A stretch of DNA of 64,000 nt from Lama glama (lineage: Eukaryota): positions 17,858,001 through 17,922,000 of the forward strand of contig CM052818.1 of the NCBI GenBank assembly GCA_028534125.1, read 5' to 3'. Made by a program: the position numbers and the translations under genes. Below the pieces are notes generated by a model. The model saw only the letters and a list, made by a program, of their open reading frames with translations, searched no databases and was not told the DNA's origin. This document shows positions 49,574-61,916 of this stretch, in pieces. Every line of letters starts with the position of its first letter. Within the stretch, counting starts at the first letter, position 1.

Positions 49574-49979
49574 TTTTTAAAATTTTTATTTTTGTAAAAT
49601 TTTAGACGTTATGTTACACTTACAGTTACCACAAAATATTGGCTATTTTCCTTATGTTGTGCTACATGGTTGGGCCTTTATTACACCCAGTAGTTCCTGC
49701 CCCCCACTACCTCACCCCTATACTGCCCCTCCACTAGTGGCAACTACTGGTTTGTTCTCTGTATCTGTGAGTCTGCTTCTGCTATGTTTACTAGTTTGTT
49801 GTACTTTCTAGATCCCACATACAAGTGATATCATATGGTGTTTAACATCCTGACTTATCTCACTTAGCATAATACCCTCCAAGTCCACCCATGATGCTGC
49901 GAATGGCATCGCAGCAAAATTTTGTTGTTCTTCTATGGCTAAGTAGTAATCCATTGAATGTATGTGTATATATGAGATT

Positions 49980-50019
<40 letters not shown>

Positions 50020-50838
50020 TATACATACAAATAAAATATGTGTATATATAATCTTTATCCATTTATCTGTTGATGGCCATTTAAGTTGTCTCCATGCCTT
50101 GGCTACTATAAATAGTGCTGCTGTGAACACTGAAGTGCATATATCTTTTTTGATTTTCTGGATTTTTTTGTGGTGTCCCATAGGTTTTGGATCATCATGT
50201 TTCCATTTTCATTTATCTCTACCTATTTTTTGATTTCCCCTTTAATTTCAGGGATCCACTCGTTGTTTAGAAACATTGTTTATTCCCCACGTGTTCGTGT
50301 CTTCTGCAGTTGATTTCTAGTCTCATAGCATTGTAGTGGGAAAAGATGCTTGATATGATTCTGGTTCTCTTAAATTTACTGTGGCTTGTTTTGTGGCCTG
50401 GCATGTGTATTCTGGAGAGTGGTCCATGTGCACTTGAAAAGAATATATATTCTTTTTCTGCTGCATTTGGATAGAATGCTCTGTATATATGCCAATTAAA
50501 ATCTGGTATAGGTGTTAAAGTCCTTACTGAATTTCTGTCTGGATGATCTGTCCATTGACATAAGTAGGATGTTAAAGTCTCCTACTAGTATTGTTTAACT
50601 GTCAAATTCTCCTTTTATGTCTGTTAATATTTGCCTTGTATATTGAGGTGCTCCAGTGCATGCATGTGTGTGTGTGTGTATATAAAATTGTTATATCTTC
50701 TTGGACTGATCCCTTGATGGCTACATAGCATCCTTCTTTGTCTCCTGTAAACTTCTTTAAAGTCTATTTTGTCTGATGTAAGTAAGGCTACTCTGACTTT
50801 CTTTTGATTTCCATTTCCCTGGAATACTTTTTTCCATC
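49574..50838 (-). mobile_element. L1 remnant: endonuclease-domain segment (50172-50838) joined to ORF2 C-terminus/3' UTR (49574-50160)
   Basis: 3' part reads KDICTSVFTAALFIVAKAWRQLKWPS. 5' part has antisense EN-domain blocks 'tccatgtgcacttgaaaagaat', 'aagtctattttgtctgat', 'ttccatttccctggaatac'. Confidence 0.9.
49980..50022. repeat. Compound (TA)n(CA)n microsatellite in L1
   Basis: tatatatatatatatatatatacacacacacacacacacatat. Confidence 0.95.
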
Positions 50839-52016
50839 TTAATCTTTATACATTAATGTTGACTTGCTATCAGATCTTTTTCTCTCGTGCCTTATTTATA
50901 TCTTCTGGAAGTTGACTTTTAATTAATATCAGTTTTTCTTGCTATATTCCATTCAGCCTTGATCTAGGATTAAGGAATCATAGTTCAAGATATGACAGAC
51001 ATGTTCCTGATGATCTCTACAGCTTAGTTCCCTATCTGTACAGTTAATGATTGGTCTAAATGGCTTTTACTATCCATTTTTATCTCTGGGATCTTAGCTA
51101 TCCAGTGATACGCTGATTAGCAACCGTCACTAGGTGTGTCCTTATCTGTATGAAGACAGACTAGTGGCAATAGTCCACTGAAGAGTGAAAAGCAATTCCA
51201 AGACCCTTACAGCTCTGGACCATAATGTGGACCTTAGAAATACTGATTCTTAGACTGTAAGGAACAGTCTGTGGCTTTTGCTGGAGGTAGTCATTCCTTC
51301 TCACATGATCCTGACAGTAGACATAACTTATTTTGCCATATCGGCTATTTTCCTGTTTTTATGACTTTGGGGGAAAATTACTATGTTAGGCTTCCTGTAT
51401 ATTCTTAAAGTTTTGTGATAAAGCTCAGAGCTGTAACACTACCCCAATTTCTTAATCATGACTTTTGTTATTTAAAAAGAGCTTGCATTTTGCAGTGATA
51501 TTACACACTGCTGATCTTCCTTGAAAGGGAAAGAATTTGGCCCATCTGTGTCTGACAGACTGATTTGTCAAAGAACATAGCAAATGTTTTTTGCCTACCT
51601 TCGCAATCCACCTAGGCTGTCTCTAAATGTCCCTTCCAGCCCATGGCACACTGGAGAAAAGCAGATTTTTAAAAATCCCTAGAAGGACTGCCTAGTAAAG
51701 AGGGCTTTTAAAAGATATTTTGACATTTTCTGGGATGAATGTTTTGGTAGAACAAACTGAGAAAATGCTCAGGAAAGGATATGGAAAGTTTCAGCTATTG
51801 GTATGTGAACTGCCAGTAACTAACTTTTTTCTCTTAATAAAATTATACATGATATAGGGAAAATAACACCTCTGATACAGTCAAAATATAACACATTTTT
51901 GACAATATCATAATCTCCAATTTCTGAGGTCCTAAATTGAACATATAAACCTGAACCTAGGGAGTATCAGTTCCAGTTCCAGTAACAATGGTTGAAGTAG
52001 ACTAGATAAATGGACC

Positions 52017-52170
52017 TTTGCATTTTCCAGAGCCCAGCTCAGGATTCCCACCTTCTGAGACATTTTCCCCTTTAATATGTCTTGCTGTATATTCCCACAG
52101 CACTTTCCTATTTCCTTAGGTTCCTTTACTGATACTTAACCTACAGTCCACAGACCTTTGGCATCAGCAT
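52017..52170 (+). repeat. Dispersed direct repeat, copy 1 (154 bp)
   Basis: Ungapped match to 53608-53761, 15 mismatches by manual alignment. Confidence 0.97.
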
Positions 52171-53607
52171 ATATATATAGGATAACCAAGTGAAAAGGCA
52201 GTTTCTTTCCCTAGAGAGTTTTAAAAACAGAATGAGTACTTATCTTTCCAGAATTATTTAGATACCTTACCTGAAGGCTAGCCAAACTATTTGACCTTCA
52301 GCAGTTTACTCCAAAATTCAAAGTTTGTGATTGCCTCTTACTCTATTGTTATTTCATTTAAAATGTCCCTTAAAAACACATGTCATATAGGTAAAGGTTT
52401 TTGTTTGAGGCCCTGGAGTACAGATTGAAAGATGAAGTCTTCTGCAACACGAGAGAGTCAAGGCAAGTGTGGCTGAAGCACGAGGGCACGGCGGTGTCTC
52501 TCTCAGGCCTAACCTGATGAATGGTAATGAGCACCTGCTACTCACCAGTGTAACAGGAACCTACTTGTAGCGATTACAGCCTGGAAGGACTCAGTGTGTG
52601 CCGGGAGGTGGGGGGTTCCCATGCCCGCACTGTGAGCAGTCACCCACACATGCACGTGCACACATGTAGCTAAACCCTAAATAACAATACTCAGGTGCAG
52701 GGTCAAACCGCTTACAGCTAAATTTACCAGAGAATTCTGCTGCTGCAGTGACTTCCTCCCTGGGAACGCCTTGTCACCTTTACTTCGCAGGCAGCACTTC
52801 TCCAGCCAATTCTAGATGTAGCCCCAGCAGAGAGTGCCCACTGCAAGCTGATGTTTTCTGGCTCAGGCCTCTGCCGTCCAGGTGCTGTGTTCCATGTGTG
52901 GCTGCCGGAGTACCAGGAGGTGTGGCTTAAACTACATGTTGTACTGACCAGAGTGGTTCCCTGGCATCCAGATCTCCCTTTGTCTTGCTGCAGCATCTGA
53001 GGGGAAGCCATGGCGCGCAATGCTTGACGTAAGCCAGCTGCCTTGAGAGAGAGGTGATTATCTTGGCGGGAGCTAAGCAGCTACAGGTGTTACACCTGCG
53101 GCACAGTGAGCGGCTGGCTCCATAACTGCTGTTTACTGTCTCCTTGAAACAGGTCATTTGGTGCTTGAGTCAATGGAAACGAGGTCTTCGGCCTTAATTT
53201 CCCTTCCATAATAAGCAAGCAAAATACAAACCCAGCAGAATGAACACACGACCCCCTGGCTTGCCCATTCAGAGAAGAGGTTTATACATGAAAACTTGGC
53301 ATTAACTTTATAAAAATTCATAATTTGAAAAGCAGAATGCCGTTTAAATTTTCAAAGGTGAAGCATTAGTAGCATTTTAAAATTTGATTTTCTGAAATAG
53401 AATACCCATGGCCTTTCCTTTCTCATCATTGCTGCCACCATGGTTTGGTTTTTACTTGTGATTAAATTGATCTGAAAGTTTCTAATAACAAAAGTATTTT
53501 GCAGTGGAATGCCACAGGCCTCCATAAACATTGGCTGAATGAGTGAAGAAATCCAGTTTTTGCTCACCAATCTATTGAATGCTATTGCACAACTCAAGTT
53601 TTCTTGG

Positions 53608-53761
53608 TTTGCATTTTCCAGAGCCCAGGTCAGGATTCCCACTTTCTGAGACATTTTCCCCTTTAACATGGCTTGCTGTGTATTCCCACAGCACTTTCCT
53701 AATTCCTCAGGTTCCTTTATTGCTACTTAACCTATGGTCCACAAACCATCGGCATCAACAT
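53608..53761 (+). repeat. Dispersed direct repeat, copy 2 (154 bp)
   Basis: Ungapped match to 52017-52170; continues into a complete MER5A-like element. Confidence 0.97.
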
Positions 53762-53877
53762 CAACTGGGCTGATTAGAAATGCAGGCCCTTGGGACCAGC
53801 CCCAACCTCCTGGATCAGAATCCATGTAGCTTTTAAGTCCCCAGAAATGTATCTGTATTACATTTTGAGAAATCATG
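53718..53877 (+). mobile_element. hAT-Charlie MER5A-like element
   Basis: 'tggtccacaaaccatcggcatcaacatcaactggg...ttagaaatgcag...ccccaacctcctggatcagaatc...tttgagaaatcatg'. Confidence 0.8.
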
Positions 53878-55004
53878 CTACACACAATTAGTTGCACTGT
53901 GAAATGTAAATACATGTCGGCTTCCCTAGGGAATGAAAATTCCTTGAGACCAGGTCTCCGTTCATTTGGAGCTACCAGTCTGGCTGCCTGCTCCTCCCTT
54001 TGCTGCTCTTGCAACTCCTTGCAGGGTCAGTCTTGCCGCGGGTAGTGGACCAGATCTTACCCAAATTCATTAAATTTACTACTTCTAGCCCTCCCAGCTT
54101 AAAAGTGCAGGTTTTGTCTCTTATTTCTAAAATCAAGTCTCCACTTCCTTTCTCTCAGTTTGGTAACTGGATATTTACACTTGACTCCTGGGCCTAATTC
54201 TTTCCCGAAAATGTGGCTAGTGCTCTGGTCCTCCCGAAAAGTAGGCACTGCTTTCTGCTTTGATTACAAAGTGCTGGAGGGCAGGAGTTGGTCTCATTTT
54301 GTCCTCTTTTCACAGGGTGAATGGAGTACATAACAGTACCAGAAGGCCATTGATCAATGATTTTTCACAAGCTATACCTTCAGTTAGATGCAGCTGCTGT
54401 AAAACTGTATTATCTTTTTCAGGCCTCTAGCATTCAGTAAATAATTGTTCCAACACATGAAATTTGTCCTACCAACTTGAAAGAATGAGTACCTTTCCCA
54501 GGCAAATCTAATCCGGCCAGGTACAGTGTGACTCACCCAAAAGACTTAGCTCCTTATGCTGCTATTGAATGTAGACTCCTTATGGCTGCACTGCAGACTC
54601 CCAGTCGTGCACAAACTGGTGTTTGAAGCTCGTCACTGCCATGCTTCTCCTTATTTTGGAAAGGACTTTGCTACCTCTCCTGGCCCTATCTTCACTCTGT
54701 TTATAAAAGAAAACTGTGAAAAGACTAGGGGGTAAAAGAGGCAGTATCGCCTTTTGCTCGTTAGCAGTGACATCACACTGCTGAGGGTTTCCATCTGCTT
54801 ATTTCAGAGCACGTGCTGGCCCTCTATACTAGATTGAGTGGCCCTGTGCAAAAAAAAAAAAAGTGTTGTCCATTGCAATAAAAGTGATCTGAGTGTGCCT
54901 CTCAGTAGCACCAGTGGAGAAAAGGGGTGCCCACAGCAAGAGAGAGAGTAAATGGAGGGAGCGCACAGGCACGATCATGAGAGCGTGCAAGTAAGCATGT
55001 GGGT

Positions 55005-55130
55005 GAGGAGAGCATGTGGCTTTGGGAAACACTGATGGGAATTCTAGCTCTGTGACCTACCCGCTGTGGGAGCTCAAGCATTAAAAAAATCCCCTGCCTT
55101 AGAAACACTTTTACCTAAAATACGGGAACC
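55005..55130 (+). mobile_element. MIR 5' remnant
   Basis: 'gagagcatgtggctttgg...gaattctagctctgtgacctacccgctgtgggagctcaagca'. Confidence 0.6.
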
Positions 55131-56230
55131 TCAGGTTCCTGGTCCATATCAAACAGGAATCATACTCCTCCTCCTATTCAGAGGCGCCATGTACTTGCAC
55201 AGACTGTGCTGTTTACAAGGGACCTGCTGAGGAGTGACTGTGGACTGAAATCTAGCCTTACACTCACCAGGACAGGTAACCAGGCACAGACTTCCTCTGC
55301 CTGGAGGAAAAGACAGTTTATCCTCATGATCACAAAGGCACCAGTATAGGCTAGCTGTCAAGGTGGCCTGACTCAGATGATTTCTTATGAGGGTTTAAAA
55401 AGATGATATGGAGATTTATGCAAGAGTGTTTGACATTAGCTAAATATTTTGCCACTTTTCCAGTTCTTGTATTGCCTTTCTCTGAATAAACATTTTACTC
55501 TTTCTCACCCAAGAACCAACACTGCCTAATGTGCATGGGCCCACATCTTCCCAGCACCGCTCCCAGGGAGGTGATCTCTCTCCCCTCAGTTTCAATGTGA
55601 CACATCTCTGGAAAGGCATCTGCTAGACCTGTCCAGAGTCACAGGACCAGAAGGTAGAGCATTCTCATGATCGATCCTTGCTGTAACCACGTAAGGAGCA
55701 GGGAGGGCTAAAGAACTCAAAGGAGGGGAAACTTCTTGTTCCCCAGAAGATGAGTGGTATGAGAAGGAGACAGTTTGACAAGAGAATGCACAGGATTTGA
55801 GAACCATTACATCCATATGAATGAATGAAGACAAAGGAAAAATTATAGTACTAATGAGTGTTGCTTTTGATGGGACTCATGGTCCCACTTTTCATATCTA
55901 AAAAACGAGATTAAGGAGGGGCCATCACTGAGTGGTCAGGGAGGACGAGTGTGCGTGCTTCTTCTAAGATGAAGAAGAGGCCTTAAAATCCACTCCTCTG
56001 ATACACCGGCAGTGCCTTGTTTTGGTGCATGTTTTTTCTCCCCCAATGTTTTTACTGTTCTGTTGAATTCATATTGTGTAAAATGAAAAATGCTGACTTA
56101 CACTGTTGTAAGTATGTGTCAGAAACAGAAGTTACCTGAAAACATTTGAGGTAACTACTAATTGCATTCATTTGCTAATTAGCACTTCCTTTGTCACCAA
56201 CTGTAACACCAGACTGGGTTTTCCACTGGG

Positions 56231-56259
56231 AAACAAAACAAAACAAAACAAAACAAAAA
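56231..56259. repeat. (AAAAC)n repeat
   Basis: aaacaaaacaaaacaaaacaaaacaaaaa. Confidence 0.9.
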
Positions 56260-57875
56260 GAAAGTAGAATGCTAGTTGCCATGAGGATACTAGGAACAAA
56301 GATACATGAAACGTGTGGGTATCATGCTAATATTTGAAGGCAGGGAGGCCAGTGAGGAAACACACATACATATGTCCAAAATAACAGTTACTGCCTTTTC
56401 ACTTAAACAGTGCTGATTCTATTTGACTACAGATCCGCATGGAACAGACAGCTGATAAGAAATCAACTGGTATCTGAACGAAGGCAGTAGAGTGAGCAGA
56501 GGAATGGGATGAGGAAGGACTGTGATTACTTTGGAGGTTCTAATCATCAGGACACAGGAAAACCAAGATTTTTAACCACTGTGCTAAGTATGTTTATGCT
56601 AAAATGAAAAGCACATGTTTAAAGTGATTAGACATAATAAGGCATTGGTCAAAGAACTGTAGGATTTGCCTTGGAATTTACTGTCACACATGGACACAGT
56701 TCCATAAAATGTAGTACAGTAATCCCACCAATTAGAGGCTGGTAAATTTAGATGGGATAAATCTGCTCTTGATCCTTCCATTTTCATATAATCAGCAAGG
56801 AGGGCTGAAACATGCAAACAAAACATATGGCTCTTTGCTTTTGAAGAAAGGTCACCTTTAACAGTTGTTTAGAGATATTGCTGTGTGGTTTTTGCTTGTT
56901 TTAATATTTCAATCATCTAATTTCTTTTATTCCACTTGTTTTATTATCTTCTCCAATTATTGCTACAGAACAAGGCACCGAGTTTGCTGATTTTCTTCAT
57001 TTCCTGTCATGAGTGCTATGTAAACCGCCAAACAGGTACGTTGGGGATAGAGAGTTGGGATAGGGGATGTTCTGTACCTTCAAGATCTTACATCCAGAGG
57101 GTCAGATAAAGACTCATTATAAGACTGTGCAGTCTTTCTTGTAAGAAGCTATTACAGTGAATATCTGAAGGTTATTGGAAAAGGAAGAAAGAGGCAGGGA
57201 AGGAGGGAAGAAACCTATCAGCCCAACTAGGTAAGTCTTAACATCAGGATTGAAGAATAAGAACCTGATCACAGGAATTAAGGCCATGAGGGTGGAACCC
57301 CTGTGGAATCTAGGAGGGACATGCTTCTCCAGAGCACACACATCTGCAATGACATGGTATTGTGCACAGCCCAGAAATCACAGATTTTGGCTACCATAGG
57401 GCCAAGTCTGTCACTCGGAGGACCTAAACAAGCTTTAGCAACAAACTTTGTTCCTTAATAACTAAAATGTCTTTGCTTCTGAGTGCAGCTGGCATGATAC
57501 ATCAAAAGCCATAATTCATTTCAATAACTTGTTAGAGCAGCTTCCTTACCAGATTGCTTGAGTCCTTTCTCAGACGCTAGAATTAGCCTGCTTTTATCCA
57601 GGTACTGGCCTAGTACATGAGGCTTATTTTTGGGCAAGGCTCTTATGAAGCTGGCAAGTTGACCTCCTGTAGATTAGCTCTGTTGTCAGAGACAGACAGG
57701 CCATTTGTGCACGGCCCCTGTGCCAACCTTGCCATTTATCACCCTTTGTCCATGGAGGTGCCCTTAACAATAGTCCTTTTGGCCCATCAAAGGCAGAACA
57801 CACATAGTGCTGAGTAACTGAATATACATTATTTCTATTCATTAAACCAAATACAGAGTGTTAAAAGGTAAATAA

Positions 57876-60262
57876 CCCAACAAGCAAAAGTCCAAGACCA
57901 GATGGCTTCGCTAGTGAATTCTATCAAACATTTAGAGAAGAGTTAACATGTATCCTTCTGAAACTATTCCAGAAAAGTACAGAGGAAGGAACACTGCCAA
58001 ACTCATTCTATGAGGCCACCATCACCCTGACACCAAAACCAAAGATACCACAAAAAAATTTATCAATCTCAGGCCAATATCACTGATGAACATAGTGATT
58101 TGTAGGTGAAAAAATCCCTACAAAGTACTACCAAACTGAATCCAGCAATACATTAAAAGGATTATACTCTTTGATCAAATGAGATTTATCCCAGTGATGC
58201 AAACATTTTTCAATATCTGCAAATCAATCAATGGGATAACACTACATTAATAGTCATCTCAACAGATGCAGAAAAAGAATTTTGATAAAATTCAACATTC
58301 ATTTTAGGATTAAAAACTCTCCAGAAAGTGAGTATAGAGGGAACATATCTAAACATCATAAAGGCCATTTATGAAAAATTCACTGCTAACATAATATTAA
58401 TGGTGAAAAGCTGAAAGCATTTCCCCTAAGATCAGGAATAAGACAAGGATTCCCACTCTTGTCACTTGCATTCAACATAGTTTTTGGAAGTCCTAGCCAC
58501 AGCAATCTAAGAAAAGGAAATAAAAGGAATCCAAATTAGGAAGATGTGAAACTGTCACTTTTTGCAGATGACATGGTAACTATACATAGAAAATCCTAAT
58601 GATGCTCCCAGAAAACTTTATTAGAGATCATCAGTGATTTGGTAGTTGCAGGATACAGAAATCTGTTGCATTTCTATGCGCTAACAACAAACTATCAGAA
58701 AGAGAAATTAAGGAAACAATTTCATTTACCATCACATCAAAAAGAAAAAAAAATACCTAGGAATAAACCTGCCCAAGGAGGCAAAAGACCTGTACTCTGA
58801 AAACTATGAGACACTGTTGAAAGAAACTGAAGATGACAAAAAGAAATGGAAAGATGTACTATATTCTTGGATTTGGAAGAATTCATTTTAAAATGACCAT
58901 ACTACACAAGGCAACTCACAGATTCAGTGCAATCCCTATCAAATCACCAATTGCATTTTTCACAGAATTGGAAAACATTATTTTTTAACTTTGTATAGAA
59001 TCACAGAAGACCCCAAATAGCCAAAACAATATTGAAAAAGAAGAATGGAGCAGAAGGAATCATGCTCCCTGACTTCAGACTATACTACAAGGCTACAGTA
59101 AGCAAAACCATATGGTACAGGCACAAAAACAGATGTATAGATCAAGAGAACAGGCTAGCAAGTCCAGAAATAAACCTATGCCCTTATGGTCAATTAGTCT
59201 ACAACAAAGAAGGCAATAATAAATACATGTAAAAATGAAATTAGAACATTCTCTAACACTGTGTACAAAAATAAACTCAAAATGTATTAAAGACCTAACT
59301 GTAAGACCAGATACTATAAAACTCTTAGAGGACATCATAGGCAGAACACTCTGTGATGTAAATTGCAGCAATATTTTTTTGGATCTGTCTCCTGGAGTAA
59401 TGGAAATAAAAGCAAAAATAAATAAAAGGGGTCTAACCAAACTTAAAAGCTTTTACACAGCAAAGGAAACCATAAACAAAAGGCAACCTACCAAATGGGA
59501 GAAAATATTTGCAAGTGATGTGACTGGCAAGGGATTAAATTTAAAAAATATATAGACAGCTCATACAGCTCAATATAAAAAAAAAACCAGCAATCAAAAA
59601 ATTGGTGGAAGCCTAAATAGACATTTCTCCAAAGAAGACATACAGATGGCCAACAGGCACATGAAAAGATGGTCGCTAATCATTAGAGGAATGCAAATCA
59701 AAACTACAATGAGGTGTCACCTTACATCAGTCAGAATGGCCATCATCCAGAAGTTTACAAATAATAAATGCTGGAGAGGGTATAGAGAAAAGGGAACCCT
59801 CCTTACACTGTTGGTGGGAATATAAATTGGTGCAGCCACTATGGAGAAGAGTCTCGAAATGGACCTAGAGATTATCATACTAAATGAAGTAAGTCAGACA
59901 GAGAAAGGCAAGTATCATATGATATCACTTACATGTGGAATCTAAAAAACATGACACAAATGAATTTATTTACCAAACAGAAATAGACTTACAGGCATGA
60001 AAACAAACATACAGTTACCAAAAAGGAAAGGGGAGGAGGGATAAATTAGGAATTTGAGATTAACAGATACATATATAAAATAGATAAACAACAAGGTCCT
60101 ACTGTATAGCACAGGGAACTATATTCAGTATCTTGTAATAACCTATAATAGAAAAGATTCTGGAATATAGTATCTCTCTATATATTGATATATAACTGAA
60201 TTACTTCACTGAACAGCTGAAACTAACAACACTGCAAATCAAGTATACTTCAATTTTAAAAA
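57876..60262 (+). mobile_element. 5'-truncated L1 (~2.4 kb), degenerate ORF2 RT to 3' UTR
   Basis: 'aaaagtccaagaccagatggcttc' (KSPGPDG), 'ggaataagacaaggattcccactc' (GxRQGxPL), TTTGCAGATGACATG (FADDM) at 58561, artiodactyl-type 3' UTR. Many frameshifts and internal deletions. Diverged TSD-like flanks at 57863-57884 / 60258-60280. Confidence 0.97.
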
Positions 60263-61916
60263 GTAAGTAAGACCAACAAGTAAATGAAGACTTGAGATTA
60301 CACTTTTAAGCTTTACATTTATAAGTGATTTCTACTGCTCTATCCAACCATGTTTACCCACTTCCTGGCACAGACCCCTAACTTCAGCCAAATTAGTACA
60401 TCTATTTTTATATTTTTCCCATCTCATACTTTGTGCATGCCACACTACTCATACAGACTTACCTCTGCACTTTCTCTACCACCGTTGTACTCTTGACAGT
60501 CCTTCTAGACCCAGCGAAAATCTCACATTCCCCCAAAGAGTGTGTTTTAATCTTTGTGGTTCTGCAAACATCCTGTTTATATAGTTTGTCAAGTTACACA
60601 AAGCACTGCCTTCTTATTTTCCTCCCATTATCCTCCTAAACTGTTGTTTTACTCTTTTGCTGTAACACATACTTTCTCTAGTTGTTGCCCTGATGACATT
60701 TTTTGAGGGCGTATATCTTATTTCAAATTTCTGTATGTTCCAATAATGCCAAGCTTGATCAAAACATCAATAAATATTATTAACAGGTATGTTTATATTT
60801 TTATCATTTAAATTTTATCTGATGTCTTATCCTTTGATAAGAAGTTCTGGTCAAGTAAAACTGTGAACTGATGATCATCAGTTATTGCCATGGTTTCTAC
60901 AATGTCTGAATAAAATATTATTTTAAGAATTCCAGAGAAAACTATTTTTCTAAATAGTTTTTTACATTGCAGACATTATGTATGCTACATCTTATTTACA
61001 TATTATACCCATTACAGCGTTCCAATTCCAGATAATATGGAGTTAACCCGAGATGAAGGTAACAGTTTCTCTTAAGTGAACTCAACTATAAAACCTGAAC
61101 AAAATTCATGGCCCCATTATTTGAGAACTCTGAAAAGTAAATAGCACAGATGGATCAGAGAAGGATAGCAGAATTTGAGTCACCACTGAACCAGCAGTGA
61201 GTATCCCACTTTTTTGTGTGTCCCCAGTCTGCAGCCTGGAAGTGGGCATTAGAAAGAGCAGAGAGTGAGACTCCCAGGAGAGCCTGGATGGAGGGTCATG
61301 AAAGGAAGCTCTTAAAACTCAGAGAGAGTGGACTAAATCCACCCCTTGGCCTTCTTTCTCTTTTCCCTCTGTTCTTTCACACTCCAGTCACCAGGAAGCG
61401 CCATGGTGCAGATGTTGGAGGCAGTGACAGTGGTTGGCGATGACGTGTGCAAGAGCCAAAACTCTGAGGGCAGGAAACATTTATCTCCTTCTGGTGCGGC
61501 TGTGGCAACCAGAGGCTGGGGCCAAACCCAATTGCCTTTTTTCACTTTTTCTTTCTCTCTCCAAGACCTCCCACTAATTGGCCCCAGATGTGGTACAAGT
61601 CATGAAAGTAGGTGGTCTCTGGCTGAACAATTGAAAAGAGGTGCTTAAGAAAAATACTGGGGTAATGGAAAGTAAGGAGGAAATGACACCATAAAGTGTA
61701 TGCATCCCTAGGCTCAATCCTCAATCATATATACATGGATCTGATCCTAATTAACACACCAAAACCTTGAGAACTTGAACTGCTGTGTACACCTCTGCCC
61801 AGATCCCAGAGCGACCTGAGTAGTGCACAAGTGGGACAGACCTGGACAATGCTGCAACATCAGGGAAAACCGAACTGACACTGGAACCACTGGCCACAAA
61901 AGGTTGAAACTAAATA

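Noticed and set aside
52017..53761. LTR retroelement with paired LTRs
   Set aside because: The direct repeats lack TG...CA termini, PBS, PPT and a short flanking TSD, and they include part of a MER5A.
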